Below are positions 9,047 through 18,699 of a DNA stretch of 64,000 bases, one piece after another. The notes beneath the pieces were generated by a model. That model did not search any database and was not told where the DNA came from. It saw only the letters and a program-made list of their open reading frames with translations. Both the position numbers and the translations under genes were made by a program. Within the stretch, counting starts at the first letter, position 1. Every line of letters begins with the position of its first letter. Source of the stretch: an uncultured Gammaproteobacteria bacterium (GTDB lineage: Bacteria > Pseudomonadota > Gammaproteobacteria > CAYNNN01). The DNA is taken from the NCBI GenBank assembly GCA_964398665.1, contig CAYNNN010000001.1, positions 45,415 through 109,414 of the forward strand. The letters are read 5' to 3'.

Positions 9047-9997
9047 ATGGCGAAGCGTTATGGCGTAGTATTGGGTTTATGGTGTTTGGGCTGGACGATG
9101 CCAGGATGGGCATCAGATCCTAAAAGCACTGAAATTCAGGCGATCGTCCAGGCTGCCGAGCAGGCGCTGGTTCAGGATTATCTCGAATATCAGCGTGCAG
9201 ATTCCACCAAGACCCGCCGGGCCTTCTTTCTTGCCCGTGGTGCTGCCGCCGCGCACTGGCGACAGTTTGCAACACAGGGCGATGTCCGCGCCCAATTTCT
9301 GTGGGCAACCCAACTAGCCAATGGCTGGGGGACCGCACTCAATGAGCCGGAAGCCCTGAGCTGGTATCAGCGGGCGGCCGAACAGGGGCACGCGCCCAGT
9401 CAGGTCAAGCTGGGGACGTTGTATGCCAATGGTCGTGGGACGCCCCAGGACGATGCTCAGGCCGTCATCTGGTATCGCAAGGCGGCCGAACAGGGCGATG
9501 CCGAAGCCCAGACCCGGCTGGCGCTGATGTACGAAAATGGCCGGGGGATCGGGCGGGACCTGGCAACTGCGATGCAGTGGTATCGCAAAGCCGCAGAGCA
9601 GGGCTACGCCGCTGCACAGTATAACCTGGGCGTGGGTTATGCCGATGGTCTGGGTCTGGCACAGGATCAGGCCGAGGCCGTGCGCTGGTATCGCAAGGCT
9701 GCCGAGCAGGACTACGATCTGGCCCAATATGCACTGGGGTTCATGTATGCCCAGGGCTGGGGCATCCCCCGTGATGATCGGACGGCGGTGGCCTGGTATC
9801 ATCGGGCCGCCTTGCAGGACATGGCAGCTGCTCAGGCGGCGCTCGGCTTCATGTACGAGCATGGCCGGGGCGTACCCCAGGATCGGCAGGAGTCCCTGCG
9901 CTGGTACCGCCTGGCGGCAGCCCAGGGCGATGAGGACGCCCAGCGGGCCTTGCAAAACCGTAATCCGGGGGTGGGCTGGAATTGGTGGCCGTTTTAG
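9047..9997 (+). CDS. Sel1-repeat (TPR-like) periplasmic protein
   Basis: A signal peptide is followed by about 7 Sel1 repeats (AxAQxxLGxMYxxGxGVxQD...WYRKAAEQG). GAGGG precedes the ATG at 9047. Confidence 0.8.
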   Translation: MAKRYGVVLGLWCLGWTMPGWASDPKSTEIQAIVQAAEQALVQDYLEYQRADSTKTRRAFFLARGAAAAHWRQFATQGDVRAQFLWATQLANGWGTALNEPEALSWYQRAAEQGHAPSQVKLGTLYANGRGTPQDDAQAVIWYRKAAEQGDAEAQTRLALMYENGRGIGRDLATAMQWYRKAAEQGYAAAQYNLGVGYADGLGLAQDQAEAVRWYRKAAEQDYDLAQYALGFMYAQGWGIPRDDRTAVAWYHRAALQDMAAAQAALGFMYEHGRGVPQDRQESLRWYRLAAAQGDEDAQRALQNRNPGVGWNWWPF

Positions 9998-10066
9998 CGG
10001 CCACGCAGGGTGCCGTAGCGGCCCCGGATTGGATTATCATGGGGCCAGATTCCGGGAGTTTCACGC

Positions 10067-13000
10067 ATGGCTACTGACCACACCGTTAGCACCGATCTCC
10101 TGCAGGGCCTGTCGCCCCTGCAAAACCTGCCCCAGGCAAGCCTGACTGCCCTGGCGGCGCAGCTGACCGTCGAAACCTGGGCCAAGGGTCGTTACCTGTT
10201 TCGCCAGGGAGATGCGCTGGAACACTTTGTCTATCTCCTGACCGGCACCGTCCTGCTGCTGCAGGACGGTCAGGAGATGGATACCCTGACGGGTGGCACG
10301 GCAGCAGCCCGCTTCGCCCTGGCACATCACCAGCCCCGGCGCCTGTCTGCCAAAGCCCAGACTGATATCACGCTGTTGCGCATTCCGCTCCACGCCGTTC
10401 CCCAAGCCCCTTCCAGCCTGGAACAAACCGGCGGGCGGGAGGAATGGCTGACCCGGATGCTGCAACACTGGGTCTTTCAGAAAATCCCGAGCAGCCATGT
10501 AGATACCATTCTGGCCCGCATGACGCCCATCAGCGTGCAAAAGGGCCAGATCATCATCCGCCAGGGCGAAAAAGGCGACTATTACTACGTGATCAAGCGG
10601 GGGCGTTGTCAGGTCACACGCCGTACCTCCGGCGGGGAACGCGAAGTGGTACTCGCAGAACTGGAAGTAGGCGAGAGTTTTGGGGAAATGTCCCTGCTCT
10701 CGCGGGGGGAACGCAACGCCACCATCACAATGTTGACGGCGGGGGAGCTGCTGCGCCTCAGTGTGCAGGATTTTACCACCCTGATCCGCGACCCGATTCT
10801 GAAACCGGTCGGTTACCTCCGGGCCATGCAGCTTCAGGCCCAGGGCGCACGCTGGGTGGATGTGCGCAGCGAGGCTGATTATCGCAGTGGCTGCCTGCCG
10901 GGTGCGCTCAATCTCCCGGTGCAGTCTCTGCGCGGACAACTGGACGATTTACGTACCGACCAGCGCTATCTCATTTACTGTGCCGACGGAGTAGCCAGCG
11001 CTACCGTCGCCTTCCTGATGTGCAAGCGCGGTTTTGATGCCTATTTGCTGGAAGGTGGCCTGACCAGTGCGCCCGCTACCGCCTTGACCCACCCCACTCC
11101 TCTGGCACCTCCACTGGCATCCCCTCCCGTCAGCCCTGCCCCCGCACCAAGCGATTATCGTGGTGAGGCCACCGAGCGCGACCTACGCCAGTTGCAGGCT
11201 CAATATGAGCGGGCGCAGGCGGCCCGCCTGGCCGCTGAACGGGCCCGACAGGCTGAAGAGCAGGAAAGCGAACGGCTGCGTACCGAACTGGCCGAGCAGT
11301 TGTTGGGCCAGCAGGAGAGCCGTACCTTGCTGGCGGAAAAGGACCGCCAGATTGCGCAACTGGAACAGCAGGGCAACGAGCTGCGCAGCGCTGTGGAACA
11401 AGCCCGGGCCGAAATTGCCAAAGCGTATGCCGAAGCCGAAGTACAGATGCGGCTACGTCAGGAAGAAGGCAAGTTTTTGCGGCTGGAGCTGGGCGAACTG
11501 CAAAAGCGCGGTGAAAAGGAACAGCGGGTCCTGCAGGAAACCGAACGACAGTATGCTCAGGCTCAGCTTGACCTTGAACGGCTCCGGGATCAGCACGAGC
11601 TGCAATTGCAGCAGGCCGAACAGGCTTTGGCTCAGGCCAGCAAGGCACAGGCCGAACTGCACCAGACCCTGACTCAGACCCGCACGGAAGCCAGCCAGCA
11701 ATTGGTGCCTCTGCAACAGGAATGTGCAACGCTGCGCAAAACCCATGCTGAATTGACGGCCCAACTGGAGGCTGCGACTGCGGCGCGTGACCAGGCCACC
11801 CAGGAACTGGAGTTGTTGTGGCAAGGTGCGCACCGGGCCGTGGGTGGCGATGATAAGCAACGCTTTGATCTGATAGATGCCCGTGCCCGGCTGTCTGAAG
11901 CAGCCAAGCATCAGGCCGTGCTGGAGCAACGCTATCAGGCGGCCATGGCCGAACAGACGCGCTTGCAGATTCGCCTTGAAGCCTTGCAAAGTCAGCACGG
12001 GGCCGCTACCGAGACCCAGGCAGCGGAAGCCAGTGACCTGCAAGCCCGCCTGCGGAGTCTGGAACAGACCCACGGCGAAACAGCGGAGGCCCTGGAAGCC
12101 GCCCGGCATCAGGTCGAGTATTTCCGTGACCAGACCCAGAAAATCAGGCAGGAATTCGAGGATTACAAAACCCAGTTGCAGGTGCGCGAGCAAGCGCTGG
12201 AGGCGGAACTGAGCGAAGCGCGCCAGCAGCAGCAGCTGGCCATGAGCAGTGCATTGCAGTTTGATGGCCTGGAACTGGAACGTATGCGCCGCGAGGCGAC
12301 CGAGGCCCGCCGCCAGAGCGATGATTTCCAGAAACAGCTGAATGCCCTACGCAAGGCAAAATCCGAGCTGGAAATGGAGCATCGGCTCCAGAAACAGGAG
12401 GCAGACACCGCACGCCAGCAAGTGCAGGCGCTGGAGAAAAAGCAGGCCGGACATCAGGAAGAGCTGGACAAGAAGGAGCATCAGCGCATCAAGGCCGAAC
12501 AGGATAATGTCAAATTGCGTGATCAGCTGGCCGGGATGGTGGCCAAGTTGCAGAAACAATCCGGGCAGGCCGTACAGGAAGCAAGCCGCCCGGTTGCGGC
12601 AGGCGCGGGGCTGGCCCTGGGTCTGGGTACATTGTTGGGCATGGTTCTGGGTGCCGGCGGCCTATGGGGCTGGAATTATTACCAGAACCAGCGTGCGGCC
12701 GAAGTGGTGAGCCTGGATGAACCAACCCGCTCGGCGCCGGAATCCCAGACACCGGTGCCCACGATCAAGACCGAGCAAACGCCGGAGCCTGCGCCGCGCA
12801 GCGTGGCCAAGGTGCTGCGCAGCTTTCAGGATCGGCTGCGTGACGGGGGCGAAGGCCCAAAAATGCTGAGTCTGGGCGGCGGTAGCTTCACCATGGGCCG
12901 TCCGCATCCGACAGATGCCGATCAACAGCCCGCTCATGCGGTCAGACTGGCCGGATTTGCCCTGAGTCAGTATGAAACCAGTTTTGCCGACTATGACCGC

Positions 13001-13537
13001 TTTGCGCGCAGCACCGGGCGCGCCTTGCCCGCCGACAACGGCTGGGGACGCGGTAATCAGCCGGTCATCAACGTCAGCTGGAACGATGCGCAGGCGTATA
13101 CCCAGTGGCTCAGCCAGCAAACCGGCCAGCGCTACCGGTTACCCACGGAAGCGGAGTGGGAGTATGCGGCCAGTGGCGGTGTGGATGCCATCTACTGGTG
13201 GGGCATGACGCCTGACAAACGCCTGGTGCATTGTTTTGACTGCGCCGGCGGATATAGCGGCAAACGACCGCTACCTCTGGGCCAGCTCAAGGCCAACCCG
13301 CTCCAGTTTTATGAAATTTTGGGGAACGTCAAGGAATGGGTACAGGACTGTTATGCACCCAACTATCAGCAAGCTTCGGAAACGGGCAATGCCTTCCTGG
13401 CACCCAACTGTCCGGAACGTGTCATCCGGGGTGGATCTTATAATACTCCTATCAATAATTTGCGCACGGCACGCCGGGAACGTGCAGCTGAAGATTTTCG
13501 CACGGACAGCCTGGGTTTTCGGGTCGCGCGTGATTAA
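10067..13537 (+). CDS. multidomain membrane protein: 2x cNMP-binding + rhodanese + ~450-aa coiled coil + TM + periplasmic FGE/SUMF1 (formylglycine-generating-enzyme-like) domain
   Basis: 1156 aa. It has a canonical CAP-type cNMP pocket (FGEMSLLSRGERNATI) and a rhodanese motif (VDVRSEADYRSGCLPGALNLP...YCADGVAS). Next comes Q/E/A/R-rich heptad sequence, then the TM segment LALGLGTLLGMVLGAGGLWGW. The C-terminus carries FGE motifs (GGSFTMG...WNDAQAYTQWLS...YRLPTEAEWEYAA...RGGSY...FRTDSLGFRV). Confidence 0.8.
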   Translation: MATDHTVSTDLLQGLSPLQNLPQASLTALAAQLTVETWAKGRYLFRQGDALEHFVYLLTGTVLLLQDGQEMDTLTGGTAAARFALAHHQPRRLSAKAQTDITLLRIPLHAVPQAPSSLEQTGGREEWLTRMLQHWVFQKIPSSHVDTILARMTPISVQKGQIIIRQGEKGDYYYVIKRGRCQVTRRTSGGEREVVLAELEVGESFGEMSLLSRGERNATITMLTAGELLRLSVQDFTTLIRDPILKPVGYLRAMQLQAQGARWVDVRSEADYRSGCLPGALNLPVQSLRGQLDDLRTDQRYLIYCADGVASATVAFLMCKRGFDAYLLEGGLTSAPATALTHPTPLAPPLASPPVSPAPAPSDYRGEATERDLRQLQAQYERAQAARLAAERARQAEEQESERLRTELAEQLLGQQESRTLLAEKDRQIAQLEQQGNELRSAVEQARAEIAKAYAEAEVQMRLRQEEGKFLRLELGELQKRGEKEQRVLQETERQYAQAQLDLERLRDQHELQLQQAEQALAQASKAQAELHQTLTQTRTEASQQLVPLQQECATLRKTHAELTAQLEAATAARDQATQELELLWQGAHRAVGGDDKQRFDLIDARARLSEAAKHQAVLEQRYQAAMAEQTRLQIRLEALQSQHGAATETQAAEASDLQARLRSLEQTHGETAEALEAARHQVEYFRDQTQKIRQEFEDYKTQLQVREQALEAELSEARQQQQLAMSSALQFDGLELERMRREATEARRQSDDFQKQLNALRKAKSELEMEHRLQKQEADTARQQVQALEKKQAGHQEELDKKEHQRIKAEQDNVKLRDQLAGMVAKLQKQSGQAVQEASRPVAAGAGLALGLGTLLGMVLGAGGLWGWNYYQNQRAAEVVSLDEPTRSAPESQTPVPTIKTEQTPEPAPRSVAKVLRSFQDRLRDGGEGPKMLSLGGGSFTMGRPHPTDADQQPAHAVRLAGFALSQYETSFADYDRFARSTGRALPADNGWGRGNQPVINVSWNDAQAYTQWLSQQTGQRYRLPTEAEWEYAASGGVDAIYWWGMTPDKRLVHCFDCAGGYSGKRPLPLGQLKANPLQFYEILGNVKEWVQDCYAPNYQQASETGNAFLAPNCPERVIRGGSYNTPINNLRTARRERAAEDFRTDSLGFRVARD

Positions 13538-13805
13538 GGGCGGGCGTTCCGGTGGGTCGTGGCCACCGGGACGAGCACTGGGCTAACCCCGTGGTAGTTA
13601 AGCAACAGTTGCGCAATGAATACATATTGTGGCAGAATTGCTGTAGCCGAATGTGAGCCACGATGCTGGCGTGACGGTTTAACGCGAGGCGTAGCTGTCA
13701 GCCCGGTTGCGGTCAAGTTCGGGCATGCAGTTTGGGGCTGCCAGCCGTTGCGAACAAGCAACGTCAGTGGATTGGCAACGGGAATCTTTATCAAAATCTG
13801 AGGTA

Positions 13806-14483
13806 ATGGCGATGCAAAAACAATTTGGTCTGTTGGGTGCAGTCTCCGCATTGACTGCGGCCTGCTTTGCGCTGGCTTTTTCGGCAGCGGTCGCTGCTGA
13901 CAAGGGCTATTGGGACGAGGCCGTCAAGGATCAGGTCTGGAAAACCGGGTTTGGGGAATGCTGGCAGGCGGCTGATGGCAAACCCAATGCCGCTTGCGAT
14001 GGCAAGAAGGCAGAACCCAAGAAGGAAGAACCGGTCAAGGTCGCTGATGGCGATGATGACGGCGACGGTGTACCCAATTCGCGTGACAAGTGCCCTGGCA
14101 CGCCCAAAGGCGTGCGCGTGGACGCGGATGGCTGTGAATTGCCTGAAATCATTACCCTCAAGGGCGTGCAGTTTGACTTCAACTCTGCCAAGCTGCGTCC
14201 GGATGGCCGTGTGACCCTGGATAAGGCTGCGGCCATGTTCCAGAAGCACTCCGACATCCAGGTCGAGATTGCGGGCCACACCGACAGCGTGGGTAGCAAT
14301 GCCTATAACCAGAAGCTCTCGCTGCGCCGCGCCAACTCGGTCAAGGCCTATCTGGTCAGCCAGGGTGTTGATGCCAGCCGTCTGACGGTCAAGGGTTTTG
14401 GGGAAGAAAATCCCATTGCCAGCAACAAGACCGCTTCCGGTCGTGCCCAAAACCGTCGGGTTGAACTGGTCATCCAGAAGTAA
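13806..14483 (+). CDS. OmpA family protein with thrombospondin type-3 (Ca-binding) repeats
   Basis: GAGG precedes the ATG at 13806. There is a signal peptide, then D-rich TSP3 motifs (DGDDDGDGVPNSRDKCPGTPKGVRVDADGC), then an OmpA C-like domain (NSAKL...GHTDSVGSNAYNQKLSLRRANSV). Confidence 0.8.
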   Translation: MAMQKQFGLLGAVSALTAACFALAFSAAVAADKGYWDEAVKDQVWKTGFGECWQAADGKPNAACDGKKAEPKKEEPVKVADGDDDGDGVPNSRDKCPGTPKGVRVDADGCELPEIITLKGVQFDFNSAKLRPDGRVTLDKAAAMFQKHSDIQVEIAGHTDSVGSNAYNQKLSLRRANSVKAYLVSQGVDASRLTVKGFGEENPIASNKTASGRAQNRRVELVIQK

Positions 14484-14508
14484 ATCCGCGTGATACGGGG
14501 GCTTGATG

Positions 14509-14532
14509 CCCCCTTCCAACCCCGCTCCGGCG
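14509..14532 (+). terminator. Rho-independent terminator after the OmpA-family gene
   Basis: Stem ccccgc-tccg-gcgggg is followed by TTTTTTAT. A second GC hairpin, gggggc-ttgat-gccccc, lies just upstream at 14486-14502. Confidence 0.6.
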
Positions 14533-14613
14533 GGGTTTTTTATGGGCGAGTCTCGCAGCCAGTCCGAGCTATCCGCTAAAATCCGGCAGCATCCCCTCCA
14601 TCCGAGAGTAGTT

Positions 14614-15546
14614 ATGGCAGAAAATGAACGCTGGCAGCAGCAATTGATCGAAAAATTGCTGCTGGAAACGCTGTACGAACAGCGCCGTGCCCGCCGCTGG
14701 CGGGTATTTTTCCGCGTGCTGGGCCTACTGGCCGTGCTTGGCCTGCTCGTGCTGATGTTCGATCAGGAAACCTTGCTGGACCCGCTGAAAGATCATACCG
14801 CGCTGGTGGAAATCAAGGGCCTGATCGCCAGCGAGTCACGGGCCAATGCCGACGATATTGGCGAGGCCCTGCGGGATGCGTTCAAAGACCCGCATACCAA
14901 AGGGGTCATCCTGCGTATCAACAGCCCTGGCGGCAGTCCGGTCCAGTCCGGTTATCTGTATGACGAAATCCGCCGTCTGCGCAAGGAGTATCCCAAAATT
15001 CCGATTTATGCCGTCATCACGGATTTATGCGCTTCCGGCGGGTATTATATCGCCGCCGCCACCGACGCCATTTACGCCGACAAAGCCAGTCTGGTGGGAT
15101 CAATCGGCGCCATCATGGGCGGGTTTGGTTTCGTGGGAACCCTGGAAAAACTCGGCATGGAGCGCCGGGTCATCGCTGCCGGTGCGCACAAAGCCTTGCT
15201 CGATCCCTTTGCGCCGCTCAAGCCTGAGGAACAGGCGCATGCCGAGCAAATGCTGGCCCAAATTCATGCCCAGTTCATCCAGGCCGTCAAGGACGGGCGT
15301 GGCGCACGCTTGCAAGACAAACCCGAGTTGTACAGCGGTCTGATCTGGACGGGTGATGAGGCCCTCAAGCTGGGCCTGGTGGATGGCCTGAGCGACGCCC
15401 GCCAGGTAGCCCGCGATGTCGTTAAAGCCGAAACACTATTGAAATTCAGTGGGAAACGTGATGTTGCCGGACGGCTGGCGGATCGGCTGGGCGCCAGTTT
15501 TGCCCAGGGACTTGCGAGCTGGAGCGGACAACTGATGCTCCAGTGA
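14614..15546 (+). CDS. sppA: signal peptide peptidase SppA (S49 peptidase, 36K type)
   Basis: N-terminal TM segment, S49 motifs (ASGGYYIAAA, GSIGAIMGG), and a downstream catalytic K-region. Confidence 0.8.
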   Translation: MAENERWQQQLIEKLLLETLYEQRRARRWRVFFRVLGLLAVLGLLVLMFDQETLLDPLKDHTALVEIKGLIASESRANADDIGEALRDAFKDPHTKGVILRINSPGGSPVQSGYLYDEIRRLRKEYPKIPIYAVITDLCASGGYYIAAATDAIYADKASLVGSIGAIMGGFGFVGTLEKLGMERRVIAAGAHKALLDPFAPLKPEEQAHAEQMLAQIHAQFIQAVKDGRGARLQDKPELYSGLIWTGDEALKLGLVDGLSDARQVARDVVKAETLLKFSGKRDVAGRLADRLGASFAQGLASWSGQLMLQ

Positions 15547-15611
15547 GGCCAAACTGCGCGACTTGGGCAAGGCCGTGCTACACTTCCACCCAATAGAGGC
15601 GGATCAAGATC

Positions 15612-16970
15612 ATGTTTCAGAATCTCACTGAACGCTTAAGCACCATTTTGCAGAAAGTTCGGGGCCAGGGACGGCTCACCGAAGACAATATCAGGGACAC
15701 CCTGCGCGAGGTGCGGCGGGCCCTGCTGGAGGCAGATGTTGCGCTGCCCGTGGTGCGGGATTTTCTGGCCCAGGTGCAGACCCGCGCCCTGGGTCAGGAG
15801 GTCCTGAAAAGCCTGACGCCTGGTCAGGTGCTGGTCAAGATTGTCCACGGTGAGCTGCTGAATGTGCTGGGTGCTGCTGCCGAACTGCAATTGAACGCGC
15901 AGCCACCTGCGGTCATCCTGATGGCAGGGTTGCAGGGCGCCGGGAAAACCACCACGGTGGCCAAACTGGCACGCTTCCTGAAAGAACGTCAGAAGAAACG
16001 GGTGCTGACGGTCAGCTGCGACATTTATCGACCGGCCGCCATTGCCCAGCTCCAGACCCTGGCGCGTGAAGTGGACGTGGGTTTTTTCCCCAGCGACCCC
16101 AGCCAGGATCCGGTACAGATCGCCCAGCAGGCCCTGGCTGAGGCACGCTTGAAACAATATGAGGTCGTGTTGGTGGATACCGCCGGGCGCTTGCATATTG
16201 ATGCCCGGATGATGGAAGAAATCAAACGGCTGCATGCTGCCATCCACCCAGTGGAGACCCTGTTTGTGGTCGACAGCATGACCGGTCAGGATGCCGCCAA
16301 TTCGGCCAAAGCCTTTCACGAAGCACTGCCCCTGACCGGCGTGGTGCTGACCAAGGCGGATGGGGATGCCCGTGGCGGGGCCGCCTTGTCGGTACGGGCC
16401 ATTACCGGCAAGCCGATCAAATTTCTCGGAGTTGGGGAAAAGACCACGGCCCTGGAGCCGTTCTATCCGGATCGCCTCGCCAGTCGCATCCTGGGCATGG
16501 GCGATGTACTCAGTCTGGTTGAAGAGGTCGAACGCAAGATAGACCGTGCCCAAGCCGAGCAACTGACCCAGAAAATGCTCAAGGGCAAGGGCCTGGACTT
16601 TGAGGATTTGCGCAATCAACTGCTCCAGCTGCGCCAGATGGGTAGCATGGGTGCCATTCTGGACAAGCTGCCGGGTGGGGCCAACCTGCCTCAGGCGCTC
16701 AGGGATCACGATCACGACCGGGATGTGCGGCGGCGTATCGCCATGATCAACTCCATGACCCCTCAGGAGCGGCGGTTTCCGGCCCTGATCAAGGGAAGCC
16801 GCAAGCAGCGCATTGCCTCGGGTTCAGGCGTTCAGGTTCAGGATATCAATCGGCTGCTCAAAGAGTTCGAGCAGATGCAAAAAATGATGAAGCTCATGAA
16901 AAATCCACAAAAACTCAAAGGAATGATGCGTGGTATGGGTGGGCGTGTGGCGCCCAAGCGGCCATTTTAG
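15612..16970 (+). CDS. ffh: signal recognition particle protein Ffh
   Basis: Full-length Ffh with N, G (GLQGAGKTT, DTAGR) and Met-rich M domains. Confidence 0.95.
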   Translation: MFQNLTERLSTILQKVRGQGRLTEDNIRDTLREVRRALLEADVALPVVRDFLAQVQTRALGQEVLKSLTPGQVLVKIVHGELLNVLGAAAELQLNAQPPAVILMAGLQGAGKTTTVAKLARFLKERQKKRVLTVSCDIYRPAAIAQLQTLAREVDVGFFPSDPSQDPVQIAQQALAEARLKQYEVVLVDTAGRLHIDARMMEEIKRLHAAIHPVETLFVVDSMTGQDAANSAKAFHEALPLTGVVLTKADGDARGGAALSVRAITGKPIKFLGVGEKTTALEPFYPDRLASRILGMGDVLSLVEEVERKIDRAQAEQLTQKMLKGKGLDFEDLRNQLLQLRQMGSMGAILDKLPGGANLPQALRDHDHDRDVRRRIAMINSMTPQERRFPALIKGSRKQRIASGSGVQVQDINRLLKEFEQMQKMMKLMKNPQKLKGMMRGMGGRVAPKRPF

Positions 16971-16992
16971 TCACTGACGGGAGGAGCGGCGG

Positions 16993-17598
16993 ATGTGGGG
17001 CTGGCTAACGAGTTTCCTGATCAGGCGGAAATTGGCCAAGGTACGGGCCGCGCTGACCGCAAATTGCAAGGATAGCGTCAATCCCGTCTGTGCTTTTGGC
17101 GGGGGCAGGTCGGCGGTCGTGCTTCTCCATCTGCTGCATGAAATCAGCCCGGAAAAATTTCCCTGTCGCGTCCTACGTCTGACGACCGGGCAGACCGTCC
17201 CGGCCCTGGATGCGGTCACGGCTGCCGTGGGACAGCGTTGGCATCTGGAAATTCTGACCCTGGAACTGGGGGGCTTATTCCCGGAACAACTCGCCGTGAT
17301 CCGGAACCCGGACGAATGTTGCCGCTATCTTAGAGTAGAGGGCCTGATGAGGGCGGCCCAGGCTTACCGGTTCGATACGCTGTTGACCGGATTACGGGCG
17401 GATGATCCGGATGCGCACCGCATCAGCGACGCCCGGGCCCGCCTGGGCGTTGAGGGGCTGCGCTGGCTGGACCCCCTGCGCAGTCTTACAGCAGCCGATA
17501 TTGACTGGATCATCCGTCACTACAACCTGCCGGACTGTCAGCTCTATGCCGAACAGGCCCAGGTCAGTTGCAGCGTTTGCCTGGATCCCAGGAATTAA
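16993..17598 (+). CDS. PAPS-reductase-like (adenine nucleotide alpha-hydrolase) family protein
   Basis: The AFGGGRSAVVLLHLL PP-loop-like motif. GGGAGGAG precedes the ATG. Confidence 0.55.
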   Translation: MWGWLTSFLIRRKLAKVRAALTANCKDSVNPVCAFGGGRSAVVLLHLLHEISPEKFPCRVLRLTTGQTVPALDAVTAAVGQRWHLEILTLELGGLFPEQLAVIRNPDECCRYLRVEGLMRAAQAYRFDTLLTGLRADDPDAHRISDARARLGVEGLRWLDPLRSLTAADIDWIIRHYNLPDCQLYAEQAQVSCSVCLDPRN

Positions 17599-17642
17599 TT
17601 TCTTGCTGATTTATTGATTAATACGATGAGGGTGGAGGGCCT

Positions 17643-18635
17643 ATGCTGACAACCGATAATAAAGCGCCTGACGGGAAGGCGACCTTGTTATTTATTGATG
17701 ACGAAAAACCGGTGCTGATGTCGCTGCGCGCCCTGCTTAGGGTCAAGTACAACGTACTATGCGCCCACAGTGCTCAGGAAGCGCTGCCCCTGCTGGCGCA
17801 AGGTGGCGTGGATGTCATTATTTGCGATCAGCGTATGCCGGGCACCCTGGGCACGGATTTGCTGCGCGAAGCCCAGCGCCTGGCGCCAACGGCAATCCGG
17901 ATCATGCTCACGGGTTATGCTGACCGGGCCGCACTGCTGGAAGCCGTGAATGATTGCGAGGTATTCCGGCTGGTCATGAAACCCTGGAACAATGAGCAGC
18001 TGATGGAAATGCTCACCATCGCTGCCGACAGTGCGCGCGGCGGCTCCGGCAAATTTTCCGGGCCAGGCCCCCGGACCGGGCAGTTCCCGGTGGTACCGGG
18101 CATGGCTACCGAGCGACCCGCCGCCGGACGACCGGGGGTTTTACTGCTCAGCGAAGATAGTCGCCTGAGCAAGGCGGTCGTCAATAGCCTCAAGGGCTTG
18201 GAGGCTGGAACGCCCATTGTTCACGAGACCACGCTGGATGCTGCAGTCAATCGTCTCGGCGATCAGGAGGTTGCCGTATTTGTGGTGGATATCAATACCA
18301 AACGCGAGGAAAAGCTGGAACTGTTCTATGCCCTGAAGCGGCTCCACCCGCTGGTACATGGTATCGCCGTCGCACGCGATGTGGATGTCAACGCCCTGAT
18401 CAAGCTGGTCAACATGGGCCGGATCTACCGTTATCTGGCTTTGCCCGTCGAAGATGCCGCCATGCTGCACAGCGTGAAGAGTGCCCTGCAAAGCTACAGC
18501 CAGTCCCGCAGCCAGCCCATTTTGTTGCTGCGCCAAAAGCCGGATGCAGCCCCGGCGATGCGCGACATGACCCTGATGCAGAAATTGCTGGCCAAGGCAA
18601 CCGTCTGGCGCCGCACCTACTACAAGGCTGTCTAG
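17643..18635 (+). CDS. response regulator with tandem receiver domains, no recognizable output domain
   Basis: The first half is a REC domain (DDEKPVL...IICDQRMPG...KPW). The second half is again REC-like. A GGAGGG SD precedes the start. Confidence 0.7.
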   Translation: MLTTDNKAPDGKATLLFIDDEKPVLMSLRALLRVKYNVLCAHSAQEALPLLAQGGVDVIICDQRMPGTLGTDLLREAQRLAPTAIRIMLTGYADRAALLEAVNDCEVFRLVMKPWNNEQLMEMLTIAADSARGGSGKFSGPGPRTGQFPVVPGMATERPAAGRPGVLLLSEDSRLSKAVVNSLKGLEAGTPIVHETTLDAAVNRLGDQEVAVFVVDINTKREEKLELFYALKRLHPLVHGIAVARDVDVNALIKLVNMGRIYRYLALPVEDAAMLHSVKSALQSYSQSRSQPILLLRQKPDAAPAMRDMTLMQKLLAKATVWRRTYYKAV

Positions 18636-18699
18636 CGATTGCATCCCCGGCATTGACCTGCGATCCTAGCGATCTGGTTAGTCAATGCAAAGGTCTATC

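Noticed and set aside
11150-12560. Highly repetitive Q/E/A/R-rich segment
   Set aside because: It is a coiled-coil coding region of the 1156-aa protein. No exact DNA direct repeats of meaningful length were seen.
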